In this document: piece by piece, positions 23,101 through 33,741 of the stretch
How positions within the stretch are numbered: the stretch's first letter is position 1
Layout of the letters: the number at the start of each line of letters is the position of its first letter
From: Albugo candida
Taxonomy: Eukaryota
Assembly (NCBI GenBank): GCA_040437565.1
Contig: JBDOQK010000015.1
Coordinates: forward strand, 310,001-374,000
Direction of reading: 5' to 3'
DNA: 64,000 nt
Notes under the pieces: model-generated
The model's database searches: none
What the model was told of the DNA's origin: nothing
Seen by the model: the letters and a program-made list of their open reading frames with translations, nothing else
Program-made: the position numbers and the translations under genes

Positions 23101-23271
23101 GCGTGCGACTGATTTGGACTCTATCAGTGCATTATGTTGATTTTGGATCAGCATACGTCGGGTTTCAGCTCTTCTCAGCCAATGATAATTCAAGTAGTAC
23201 CTGCAGCGATCAGTACACTGTACCGAAACTACACTTCCCCAACGCGTTCTTTTAACACTGTAAGGAATCAT
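20176..23271 (-). CDS. Fusion: class V aminotransferase/cysteine desulfurase-like domain + TtcA-type tRNA 2-thiocytidine sulfurtransferase
   Basis: One stop-free 1031-codon frame with SGHK (22246-22257) and RGGCACAGPY (21793-21822), then PP-loop SGGKDS (20857-20874), CSYC (20641-20652), GQHLDD, IIRPL and CPAC (20371-20382). The start may be 23154 or 23055. Confidence 0.9.
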   Translation of the reverse strand: MIPYSVKRTRWGSVVSVQCTDRCRYYLNYHWLRRAETRRMLIQNQHNALIESKSVARYFCDELEDTTTQKATMQESTTHSSLREDAVGSRFCTPEWINSQLVGRNHRFESPFGLKLICYADYTASSRSLECIERHIYQRVMPFYANTHTTTSITGLQSTCYRHEARQIIAQAVNAAVTGKSAEDCVLLVGQGTTAAVNKLVSLLGLESCSSISSVPTRPVIFVGPFEHHSNLLPWRETLADVVTINENQDGLIDLEDLKKKLTEYSSRSLCIGAFSAASNVTGVLTDVDAITVMLHRFGAIAIWDYASAAPYVPINMNPIECTNVEDRPYLYKDAIFFSGHKFVGGPGSPGVLIVKKRLVRNPVPSAPGGGTVFFVTESDHRYLSNREEREEGGSPDLLGSARLGLAFEIKHRIGTQRIAEVEQKHVLEVRRSLDRNENIVVLGPPTGVRQLPIISFLIRFHEHFLHYNFVCALLNDLFGIQSRGGCACAGPYSMRLLGIAKNDILAIEQALLSRKEVLRPGFTRLSFPYFMQDVEVDFILKAIHFIANHGWKFLVHYRFNHKSGEWKHMTRFTKHYDRKWLSHFFSDPALSNMSSNSEDDISINSEFEKALDMANCLADDCIRLARQSPIAPSAAWMLDESYESLRWFVYPFEVVCLLQEDFCGIPRLRPIVGPIQPDRYRARSLHKQWESDGLEKPEQDHGPVSKSFVPETSICKTNGLMLDRERFQGGKYPLRLRSDAKTNQTAFLRVNEAIVAITRTMSAVTLFPKPPKKILHSVGEAILQWEMIQNGDRLLLGVSGGKDSLSLLHILLHLQKRAPVKFDLACATVDPQTASYDPSPLKDYMKALGVEYHYLSENIIERASCELNGTSICSYCSRMKRGLLYQCCRSNGYNKLVLGQHLDDIAESFVMSLFHNGQLRTMKANYWNHARDIQIIRPLIYVREFLLQKFASDARLPVINENCPACFEQPKERARVKKLLAQEETLLPQMFHCIRRALVPLLDDHVYGSLNVTRDRILSTVKESSICDKK

Positions 23272-23649
23272 TAAGGCTCATTCGCAGTCACTGAGCTCAT
23301 ACGACATCTCTATCAACCTCTCTATGAGTACAATTGTACCAGTCAATCATAAAATCTCATCAGTTGCCGATAGAGAAGATGTGTTTTTCTAGACGGTGAG
23401 GTCATGGGATGCTCCAATCTTCTACTATTTTGCCATAACGAGCACTTCATCAAGATTTCAGCTCTAGATCATTTTTTCATGAGCGCTAACGCGGCGACAT
23501 CGGGTTCCTGATATTTTCTGATACTTCCCAGTTATGCTATCTGGAAATGCTCAGTGGCAATCCTGGAAGCTGCGCCGGTGTTTTTGTTAGGATGGGGGCT
23601 GTAAGACATGCTTGATTACATTGAAGACGAAACCAATACCTTTATGCAT

Positions 23650-24400
23650 CTGATGTACGCAACAGACCGTAATAGCATGCTATCTCATGGATGCTAGATA
23701 TAAAATTTTGTCAAGCCCACGCACGTGAGATTGAATTGTACAGCGTTTGCCATAGAACGCATGTGTCAATTGACCTTTTAGCGTATAGCTCAGCTGAAGT
23801 GTACACCCCGATTCGCAACATGGCTGAAGTATCGTATAACACACCACGCTATCTGCTAACACAGATCGTGAGGAACTTTACATGAACGTTCCGAATGAGA
23901 CGCCTTGATAAGCGATGTTCCGCGTACTCGACAATCGTCAACAAGTGTTGAAGCTACAGCTCCTTGCGCCGAATGATAGGAACTTTAGATTGTCTGAAAG
24001 ACTACCCGACACAGCCTGATTGGCGTGCACCCAAGAGAAAACTGACAAGCTTGATACGAGATCTTTAGCGTGCCATGCCATCATCTAATCTCCTCACAAT
24101 CAAGTCAGGTACGCTACTAAGAATACTTGGATTGAGATATAGCTATCTTGTCACCATAATCAGTACTGCACGGAAATATTCCACGATATTGGCACAAGAG
24201 CGTTGAAAGGGCACAACAGTCGAAATACAAAACATGTTAAATTTCTTCCCTGAACATTTTATATAGTGATAGCTCTTTTTACACTCCAAGAAAGCCAACA
24301 GATGTTCAATATGTTCTGTGAGACACCCACTATAGATTTGAAGTCTAACAGCCTGCGTCGATACTGAAGATTTGTTCTATTGTGTAGAAGTAGAGAATTA
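23650..24400 (+). mobile_element. Possible degenerate Ty1/copia RT-RNaseH remnant
   Basis: Fragments ARYKIL, EVYTPIRNM, DIA, LYSDS, RKPT and TIDLKS occur in the order of copia RYKARLV, ETFAPVARM, PDIA, YSDADW, RKST and ISWKS. Frames are broken. Confidence 0.3.
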
Positions 24401-24656
24401 CTCATTTACCTGTTACCGCGTCCTTATTCATGATAGATAGAACACGTATATACGATATGATTGCATTATTATCTAATTCTACGGGAGCCATTCAATAGTA
24501 CTCAGTATCGCATACTGATTTCGATTACAAACCAGCTGACACTGCAGACGGCATGTGCATTTCTACACATTCCGAAGGTGCGCCTCCTTCGTGTATTCAG
24601 CTTGAGCCTCATACCTTCGCATAGATGCTGCAATCGAGAAAAGTCAATTCATTCCC

Positions 24657-26486
24657 ATGAAAAGTGTTCCTTCACGAAGCAGATCACAGCGCACAAAGTG
24701 CGAATCAGCTACACAACAAAATCACGAATGCAGCGGTAGTACATGCTCTAGTACAATCGCAAATCGAAGGAGTGAAAACTCATTGGAGACACTCTGTGCA
24801 CGTTTCTGTAAATTGTACAGCAACGAGACCGAACCACTACAGATTGACGTCGCAGCGTCAAAGCTTTGTGAGTAATATTATCACACCAGCGTTGACATCG
24901 CTGACTTACCTGGATGCATAGGTATTCAGCGCCGAAGGATGTATGAGATCTTCAACATAATTCAAAGTGTTGGGCTCATAGCGCGAATTCGGACTGGTCT
25001 CTATCAATGGCAAAGCAATGAGATTATGATTGCAAAGCTCGTGTCTCTCAAACGCTCAGGCACGGAGACGTTTAAGAAGTGGAATTTAGGGGAAAGCATA
25101 ATCACGAGCGGAGCGAAAACTATCAATCGAAAAAAGGCCATTTCGACGCTGATGGGTGAATGCTTCCTTCAAGTGCTGCTGTCTGAGGTACGGCTGCTTC
25201 CGTCCAAAGATCTTTGACGAGCTCAGAGATGAGAATTCTGTAGAAATTTCCACAACCGATCGTGCTGGAAGACGTGGCTGACATAGTCGCATCTTTAGTT
25301 GGTGGTACAAAACATATATGTTTGTATTGCATTTATAACTTCTGCATGTTCGCTGGTATTTATGCATTCTTTTCTCCATACAGCGTGCTCGAGGCGCTTG
25401 TACGATATCGCGAATGTTTTTTGTGGCCTCGGGTTGCTGAATAGAACCGCTCTGAAGCTCACCACTGACAGAAATTGCCGCAAGCGGCGAATGTTCAATT
25501 GGTGTGGTCCGATAGTTCTTTCAAGTCTTTCTGATCAAAATCCATTATCTTGTTCGAAATCATCATGTGGATCAGTCACTCAAACGACTTCTCCATCAGG
25601 AGAGAGTCAAGAGTCACAAAGTAAATCAGTCTCGGGCCTGCTCATCAACGAGGATAGCTCCTCTGAGCTAGCTATTCCAGTACCTCCAGAATCGCAAAAT
25701 AATGTCATGAATCTTTGTGACACTCGAGAACATAGAAGAAGCATTAGTGGTAGTGACATTCCGAAATCATCCGACGAACTCAAGTTGCAGGTCAATTCAT
25801 TGATAAAAGCGCTAGAAGACGCCAAAGCTAGGGAAAGGAAGCTTTTGAAGCGCATCCATCTGCTTGAAAATCGTATTACAGAATCATCAGGCGCTGAGTT
25901 AGATACTCCATCGAGCCCTATTGTACAACTTCATAAAGAGGAAATTATCCGACCAACAACTATAGGAGGCAAAAGACTTTTCAGTCCCATGCTATCGCAA
26001 GAACTATCCCCTGTAACGCAGCAAATACTTGGGGAAGGATGTACCCAAGATCAGCTGAGGCAATATGTTGCATTTCATATATCACCCCTGATTTTGACAT
26101 CACTCAAGTCTGGAACCAAAACCCATCTCATGGAGCCACAGAGCCTTGCCTCAAATGAAAACATCCAAACGAAACGACGCAAAATACGTGTTGGACCTAG
26201 TCTTGTTGACCCAACCGAAACCGACAGCTTGAAAAACAATACTGACACTTTCACGCGTACAAACTCAAGAATGAGCTACTCCGAGTGTGGAAAACATAAG
26301 TGTAGCTATAATTCTGAGCGAACTGGACAAGAACAAGACAACCATCGAGAATGCTCAACTCAAAATTCTCAATCAAGCATTAACTCTAGTAAATCAAGTG
26401 CGACGATGCTATATCCTCACTCATCAGTAACTCTCTCTCCATTAGCAAATGCATCCTCTTCAATACACGATCAGCAGGCATCGTAA
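24657..26486 (+). CDS. Atypical E2F (E2F7/8/DEL-type) transcription factor with two winged-helix DNA-binding domains
   Basis: RRSENSLETLCARF...RRRMYEIFNIIQSVGLI and a second RRLYDIANVFCGLGLL...FNWCG; introns including about 24869-24921. Confidence 0.8.
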
Positions 26487-26599
26487 GTTTTTTTGCAACA
26501 TCAAACTAGCTCTTAGTTGACCATGCTTTTCAGTAGAAACCATAAGCTTCAGTGTTCCAGTGCACCCAAATCCTCAACACTAGCAGTACAATTCTCTCA

Positions 26600-28300
26600 A
26601 CATTTCTTGCTGGAGTCACCGTCGTCAATAGCTCGAACATTTGACGGCCTTTCGTCACCGTGATTATGGCAGAAGCTGAGTGAAACTAAGCATCGAAAAC
26701 ATTTGGAAAAAAATTGGCACGACGAGCTCGAGCGTCCCAACGTGTCGTATTTTGATGTAGTGTCCAGAATATTGCTGATTGCTTCTATCAATTATTGCAG
26801 TTAAATTTGGTTGTATCCAATTTGTTTTACGGTTTACACCGTTCGGCATTTCATATATGTAGGAGCTGTATCACTCATGATCGCATGAGAACGATATCCT
26901 AGCGCTATTTAAGCTTTTGGCATTATGAGGGTAGTCTGGGTGCTCTCCACCTTGATTGGCAGCCTTCATAATGCTTAGGCGTCACAACCTAAAGCATTTT
27001 CGAAACGGAGCGGTCTGGGAACTTTGTACTGCTGGATTGCCTTCGACTCCGCTCTCATTGTAGCAGGATGTGATATAGAAATCGTCCACTCGATACACGC
27101 TGTGGACTGGACTGAGAAAAAGCACTTAGAGCACTTTTGAAATGGCTCTTGTTCTTGTGACGCATGCGCCATTCTAGCTATGAACTCTCTCACAAAACTT
27201 ATGGGATTGTTTATAAAAATGACCTTGGACCCTTGGTGCTTTGGTGCTGGTGTTAGCTCTGAATCCAGCTTGCAGGTCAGGCCGTCGATAGGAAATGACA
27301 ATACGGACACAACCTTTTAGCTGTACACCTTAACTTTATTGGATCCGTCGTCCCGTGGTGAAACGTTGCTCAGCTCACTCGTGCTTGTCGTGTATTGCCT
27401 GTCACCTGAGCTGTTAGATATACTTTTGATATTTGTTTTAGTCTTCTTCCAGTTATGTCTTGCATATAGCCTCCCAAAAACTTGCTCACGCTGATATCGT
27501 CGATGCGTTACAAATGGCCCAATGTTACGCTGATCGCCGCAATATGTTTTTCAATTATCTCTAGCAGCTGGCCTTTCGATCCTCGATGCGCTTGCTGTGC
27601 ATAACTTCCCGTCAATGAAACTCAACCGCACGCGTCCTCCTTCCTTTAGATATGCCTCAAATCCAGCAGTAGATTAAGGAGAGATTCCTGCCTAAAACCA
27701 ACTTAGTTGACACTTTCCGTAAATCTATCGGATGTGTGATTCAGTTAATAGCTTCTGAATGAAGAAATGACAATATAATGTGATCAAAGTGAACATAAAG
27801 TCAAATCATCCATCTGCATTAAATAAATTGGCTAAAGCGAACAATGAATTCGAATCTCAGCAACGGTCGTACTGAGCCAGAGGCCGAAGGTTCTTGGTTC
27901 CTGCAATACTTACCTGCCCTATGTAGATGGAGCACTCGAATTTGCTTTTGGTGCAATCGAGGGATTAAACACGTAGCGTAGATGCGAACAATGTCCTTCT
28001 CCGAGGGCTGTAAGCGGTGAAATGACCGCAGCTCTTTGTGTAGCGTTCCAGACATATGCTTGGCAATCCTGAATAACGGCCGCCTAAACTCATGCATCGC
28101 GCTAAAAGCTCTTGTTGAAGTCACGTTGATCCGGGCACATGTTGTTTGGCTGCATGCACCATGTCTTTTCGTGCATAATCTGCACCGAGCGAAGAATTGC
28201 ATGTTTTGCTACGCTATCTTCATATATGCCATTTTTTTTCAACGCGTCTCCAATAGCAATCCCGCAGAGATCAATCTGCACAGACAATTGTGGAATGACT
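26600..28300 (-). mobile_element. Possible degenerate Ty3/gypsy pol remnant
   Basis: SVQIDLCGIAIGDAL, HEK, AMHEFR and HRAGK resemble RNase H motifs (VxCDASxxAIG, HDKE, ALxxFR, HRPGK). FVREFIARMAHASQEQ and NILD lie downstream. Very degenerate. Confidence 0.25.
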
Positions 28301-30171
28301 GTATTTGAAATTTTTTAGCGCTTCTTGGTCAGCGATTAGAGAGATAGACGTGCTACTTCCGAACACTTCTTTCATGCCGTAACAGAGCATGATACCGGCC
28401 AAATGCGCTCATCTACCACGATTGTTCATGAATTATATGACCCTAGTGGTATCATCCATTCAAAAAGCACTCAACATAAAGAATAGGATGATAAAGTTCT
28501 TTGTTTGTTTTTTCTGTTTATTTAGATATAGCAGCCTGTACCCAAGAAGCTCGACAGATTTGTAGCCGATATTTTCACTCGCTTTATTAGTCAGACTTCT
28601 AGAGTCTCATACTCTTGAAATACGCTACATCGTATTCATCTGTACGTATTATTTAACGCCTATTTCTCTGATGATACTGCATTCATAAGTAAGGTGGCTG
28701 TATGTAGCATTCAGTAAGACGATTGCTACAAGTGCTGCCAACTATATCCGGCATTTGTACGAAACAGTTCGCCGGAGACGTGGCTTACAAGCAGAAAGAA
28801 GGGTATGTCGCTCGTGAGATCAGACACGATGTAGCACCTCCTGTGACACTTTTTGTTTTCGAATTGTACAATACTGTGGTCAAAAACGTCGCTGCGTTCG
28901 TGATTTTTCTCGGAGTGATGGCAGACAAGTCAATTGGTACATAATATTGGTTTCCGGTACAACTACATACATACTTTATTACACATCACACTCTCACCCA
29001 TTATTCTTGTCTGTGATACGATCACGTGCTTCTTGGAGTTTTTCACGAAAGTTTGACACGTATAAATTCTCTTTGTCTTATTTCTAAATGTTAGTTTCTA
29101 TAGACTATCAGAGTAGATAGACCGCACGACCGAAGACTGTAGACGATCGTAGCTGTGGTGCTGCTCCGAAGCTAAAAGCTGTCAAAAGCCTCACGAACGC
29201 ATTACAAGCTAGTGCTGAAGTCCCTCGTCAGACATAACGGTATGATAAGCCAGAAAGAGCAGCGCCGATGTAAGCGTCGACTACTCTTACAGTGCGCGGA
29301 CAACATGATCCGAGAAGTATGGAAGTACAAATACAGTCAATCAGATTGAAAAGCGGTATCAAGCCAAAAGCTGTTCGTTTTTCGAGATAGACGATTAGAT
29401 GTGGAATCGCCACAATTGCAGTCTCACAAGAAATAAAAATTGATGAATTTTTGCCCAAAATCACACAACCGGACAAGTTTGGATGACAAAAGAATCTTCA
29501 TATTGACTAGCAAATGACTGATAAGCCATGCGGATATAGCAATCATAAGGATGCAAGACAAAAGGCTCGCAACTCTGTTTACATATTAACAGCATGGCTA
29601 AAGGGCCGGCGGTCGGACAGAGACTACGTGATTTCCGTCAAAACCGGCTCACCCTACCGAATGCGGATTCTGGCCAGTGCTGTAAATGAGAAGCGACACT
29701 AGTATGACTCCTTTATTGAGCTCTATCATGTCTGTTTTACCCCGGCACAATCAAGATTATGAAAGCTGCTAGAGTTAATTAGCAGGAAGTGTGTAAAGTC
29801 GCCGAAAGCAATGGAGCTGGGATCAACTGCTATCTTATCCGTATGCGTGAATATCGAATTCATATTGCAAGAAGAATACCACGGTAGTCGGATAGGCATG
29901 ATACGAGCAGCAGCTTGACACCAATATTCTCACAAGGCTTGCGCTACTTTGAATGTGTTACGCACGCAAATCTGATCTTCTGGAAGATAGTATCATCTCA
30001 GACCATCGACGGGACCTTACATATGTTCTTTGAGATTTTGGTATGATCTCTGCACTTAGCATCAACGTGATCGGCAAGCTTTACGAACATATTACCCTTC
30101 TATTTTTCTTTTCACATGTCCTACACGTGGCAAGCATTCGTCCAAGTTCAGTGATCATTACATCTATGCTT

Positions 30172-31848
30172 CTAAGTTGGCTTTACAACATACACATTCA
30201 TTGTCAACTGTCCTTTTCCTTCTCCAAAAACGTGCGGAACCCAGAATAACAATGATCCACCAATTGTGAGTGAAACGCCACGATAATAACGACGCCATCG
30301 ATCTATATATAGGGTTTTATCCTGTAGTACATGAAGGAACTCGGTCCATTTATGGGTGGTACCCGGTTGTATAGGGATCTGCTTGTAAGCTGTCCCACCT
30401 GAATGTATATTGACTATGACTTCTACGTCATCTTCATTGGCAAATTGAATTGTAATGTTTCCATTATTGAAGTTGGGTCTCCATCTTGCATCGTCATGAT
30501 TAAATGCGGTACCATCGGCCACTACTACAAATTTTGTGGCCAGCTCTTGTGACAGCCGCACGAGTTTATTGGTGTCCTTGATTTCAAAACACTTTACACT
30601 GAGAAGCGTTCGTGCGATTCTTGTCAGCCCAGAAATATCAAGTAAGGGAATTGCGTCTAGTATCCCAACATAGAATGCATTTTCGAACAATGTTTTTACG
30701 GTCGCACCGCGGTGTTTCAAATAAAGCTTTGCTTTATCGATCCAGGTCAAGGAGTTCGCGTATGCTTCCGCATGTATTGCAACAGCAATTGCGTCGAGCG
30801 CTTCTTGTTCGTCTTGAGAAAGTGGACTCTTTGTTGTTCGTAGTTTTCTTAAAATCGATTTGACTGTTTTTATACCATCCATATTAGTCTGCTCATTTGC
30901 ATGCTCCTTTATGTGTTCATAAGCCGCTTCAAGGTCTTTACTGATCCCAAGCAATTCGGAGGGTGAATCAAACGAGAAACTAACATGATTTTGGACAAGT
31001 GTTCGCTCCTCTTTAGATAGCCCATGCAGAACCTGATCTAAGTTGAAGGCTCTTAGGAAATCCAAGATTTTTCCCATAATCTGACTTATTTCTCTTTCTT
31101 CCTTGTCGACAACACGTGTGTACGCTCCCGATGGTCGATCACGTCGAGAAAAATAGGTGGGTACTTTCGTTACCAATCCGGTTGATCGAATCGATGTTAA
31201 AGAAGAAGAATCTGCTTTGGCACCCAAAATCTTGAGAATGATCCGTGAGTAAAACACAGCTTTGTTGCTATCAAGCATCTCGTCACTCGGTTGTAGCGGC
31301 CAATAGTTGTCAAGATTGTGTCCTCCGCAAGCCCTCATCATGTGCTCAACGCGAAGTACGAATATAGGTGTACATAGTGACGCGACAAGTCGCTGTTTGA
31401 ATGGAGCATAATCTGCATCAGTATCAAATGTCGCTGCAAATTGTTGATATGACTTGATTGTGTACTCTATAAGGTCGTGTGCGTAATACAAGCACTGCAG
31501 CGATGGCCGAATGCGTGCGAGAAGCTGGAAAAAGACAAATCCACTTGAAACTCCTCGTAAAGCAGCTCCAGCAACCGCTCCTATCCTGGAGATGAAAAAG
31601 TATTTGCAGTCTGAACTTTGCGGAAGGCAATACGGTCCGCACTTGACAGGGTAATTGAATGGACACATTGAGATACAGGCGAGTGGAAACCCTTCCTCCG
31701 ACTGACACGCCGCCTTTTTTATAGATGATCGTATGCAAAAAGGGAAGTGTGGGTCCGGTTTCAATGGCAGTATTGGCTCATGCCTAATTTTGCCGTATAC
31801 GATCCAAGCGGAAGCACATAATGCTACAACCAAGCTGCTGGATACCAT
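30172..31848 (-). CDS. Secreted Cys-rich protein of an oomycete-type family (candidate effector)
   Basis: Intronless 558 aa. Hydrophobic N-terminus MVSSSLVVALCASAWIVYG; CISMCPFNYPVKCGPYCLPQSSDC; C-terminal LQDKTLYIDRWR...GGSLLFWVP...GQLTMNV, a motif pair I recognise from oomycete secreted proteins. Confidence 0.7.
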   Translation of the reverse strand: MVSSSLVVALCASAWIVYGKIRHEPILPLKPDPHFPFCIRSSIKKAACQSEEGFPLACISMCPFNYPVKCGPYCLPQSSDCKYFFISRIGAVAGAALRGVSSGFVFFQLLARIRPSLQCLYYAHDLIEYTIKSYQQFAATFDTDADYAPFKQRLVASLCTPIFVLRVEHMMRACGGHNLDNYWPLQPSDEMLDSNKAVFYSRIILKILGAKADSSSLTSIRSTGLVTKVPTYFSRRDRPSGAYTRVVDKEEREISQIMGKILDFLRAFNLDQVLHGLSKEERTLVQNHVSFSFDSPSELLGISKDLEAAYEHIKEHANEQTNMDGIKTVKSILRKLRTTKSPLSQDEQEALDAIAVAIHAEAYANSLTWIDKAKLYLKHRGATVKTLFENAFYVGILDAIPLLDISGLTRIARTLLSVKCFEIKDTNKLVRLSQELATKFVVVADGTAFNHDDARWRPNFNNGNITIQFANEDDVEVIVNIHSGGTAYKQIPIQPGTTHKWTEFLHVLQDKTLYIDRWRRYYRGVSLTIGGSLLFWVPHVFGEGKGQLTMNVYVVKPT

Positions 31849-32108
31849 TTAAGTATTGATTCTTGTATTGTAGCTTGACCTATAACGGTGAGATGGTAAA
31901 AAGACTTGCCAATCAATGATGGATTTGTGGTAAAAAAGCCTTGGAGAAAATTCAGTGGACATCCTTATTTTTCCACCTGTAGTGAAGATAAGGATGTGCA
32001 ATTATTGAATGATTTTCCCGTCGTGCAGAACATGGTTTTAGAGTGGGACGACGGACAATTGATGAAAGTGGACATTTTTGTCAGGTCTCGTACTTAACCG
32101 AAAAGGCT

Positions 32109-33442
32109 ATGTCCATCGACGTGGAGCTTTCGCAGGTTTGAGCGCGTTCTTCAGATCATCAGCCTCGCCTAATACGTGTATAGATTGCGTCTCTTACAGA
32201 TCAAAAAGATAAATTGCAGGCGTACAAGGTACGCATAGACCACGTACTCTATAATTTTGCCATGACCAACACTGTCTCCAGTCATTGATCAGTAAGGCTT
32301 TACACAGCTATGAGGAACTGCAGTCGATCATCAATCATGGTACTTATCAAATCGAGGCATCACAAGTCGGTTCATTGAATATTTTATTCGTTCCAGCTCT
32401 TGAGGATGATGTTTTGGTCATTTCTCGCACCATTATGATCCATTTGGCGACAATTCTTCCACAAATTGAGGCGGGACAGCTAGAAGGGAAGAAGCAGCTT
32501 ATTCTATCATGTCTAAATAAAATTAGACCAAGGATTCTATCGTTCGAGGAAGCGGATGTTTTATTGCGGGAGCAATTGGCTGAGCTATTCATGATGGAAG
32601 AAGAGTACGTACAAGCTGCTAAAGCACTGGCAGCGATCAATTTGGAAAGTGCTGGTCGACAATACTCCGACGTACAAAGAGCCGAAAAGTATGTTACAAT
32701 TGCTGAATTATTTCTTCAAGAAGACGAGACCGTGGACGCCGAGAATTATATTAATCGGGCATCTCGATGCATCCATAATGTGGAAGATTGGGCACTCAAA
32801 CTGAGATATCAAGTGTCTTATGCGCGTATCTTAGACGCCAAGCGAAAATTTTTGGATGCCGCGCTTCGATATTACGAATTTTCTCAGTCCAAACCAGATC
32901 AGGTTGACCCTGAGGATCTACAAGAACTTCTTGAGAAGGCTGTAATATGTGCCATTTTAGCCTCTGCCGGACCACAGCGTTCGCGGTTGCTTGGTACCTT
33001 GTACAAAGATGAGCGTGTTAAAGCCAGCGAACATATTGGAATATTAGAGAAAATGTACACTGAACAACTGATCCGACGTCCAGAGCTTTTTAAACTAGAG
33101 CAACAGCTACTGCCTCATCAAAAAGCTATTCTAGCAAATGGTTTCACAGTTCTGGAAAATGCGTTCTTGGAGCACAACTTGCTTGCGGTCAGCCGTGTGT
33201 ATAGCACTGTTTCTTTTCAAGAGCTTGGCAACTTACTTGAGATTGATGCTGAAAATGCGGAACGTGTTGCCGCCACGATGATTGGAGAAGAGAGGATGCG
33301 AGGAAGACTGGATCAAAGCACACAGTTCATAGAATTTGAAGACGTTGAAGCAGACGCACTCGCGAGCTTCGACCGATCCATCAATATGTTTTGTTTGCAT
33401 GTGAATCATTGCGCAGAAATTATCCGGAAGCCAATCAAGTGA
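32109..33442 (+). CDS. CSN4: COP9 signalosome subunit 4 (PCI domain)
   Basis: PRILSFEE, AENYINRAS, YARILDAKRKFLDAA, ILASAGPQRSRLLGTLYKDER, LLPHQKA and EHNLLAVSRVY. Short 5' exons start at ATG 32109. Confidence 0.95.
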
Positions 33443-33741
33443 TTGAACCGACAGTTTAATATCGCACGCATTTGCATATTGTCCCACTGACGTCACAAAA
33501 TCTATTGTAGCATAGAGCGCGAATGATAGGGCTTCATATAAGCCAATCATATACTCTACCTCTTGCGAGTTTTCGATGACGCCAGAAGCTGATGTAGTTT
33601 TTCTAATAAACCTCGCCTCAATTCATCAGATACAGCTACGATCGCATCTTCTGATAATACTCTCTTCATAGCGTTATTGCTATGTACCAGGATTGCTTTC
33701 TGTAACTTGGTGAGAGCGGACAGAGTGCACGTAATCTCCGC

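Noticed and set aside
20176-23271. Selenoprotein or bacterial contamination explanation for the TtcA fusion
   Set aside because: There is no in-frame TGA, and the gene is contiguous without gaps with intron-containing eukaryotic neighbours of similar composition.
31500-31848. RXLR, CHxC/CCG or LFLAK effector motif in the secreted protein
   Set aside because: None is present after the signal peptide; the Cys spacing is C-x3-C.
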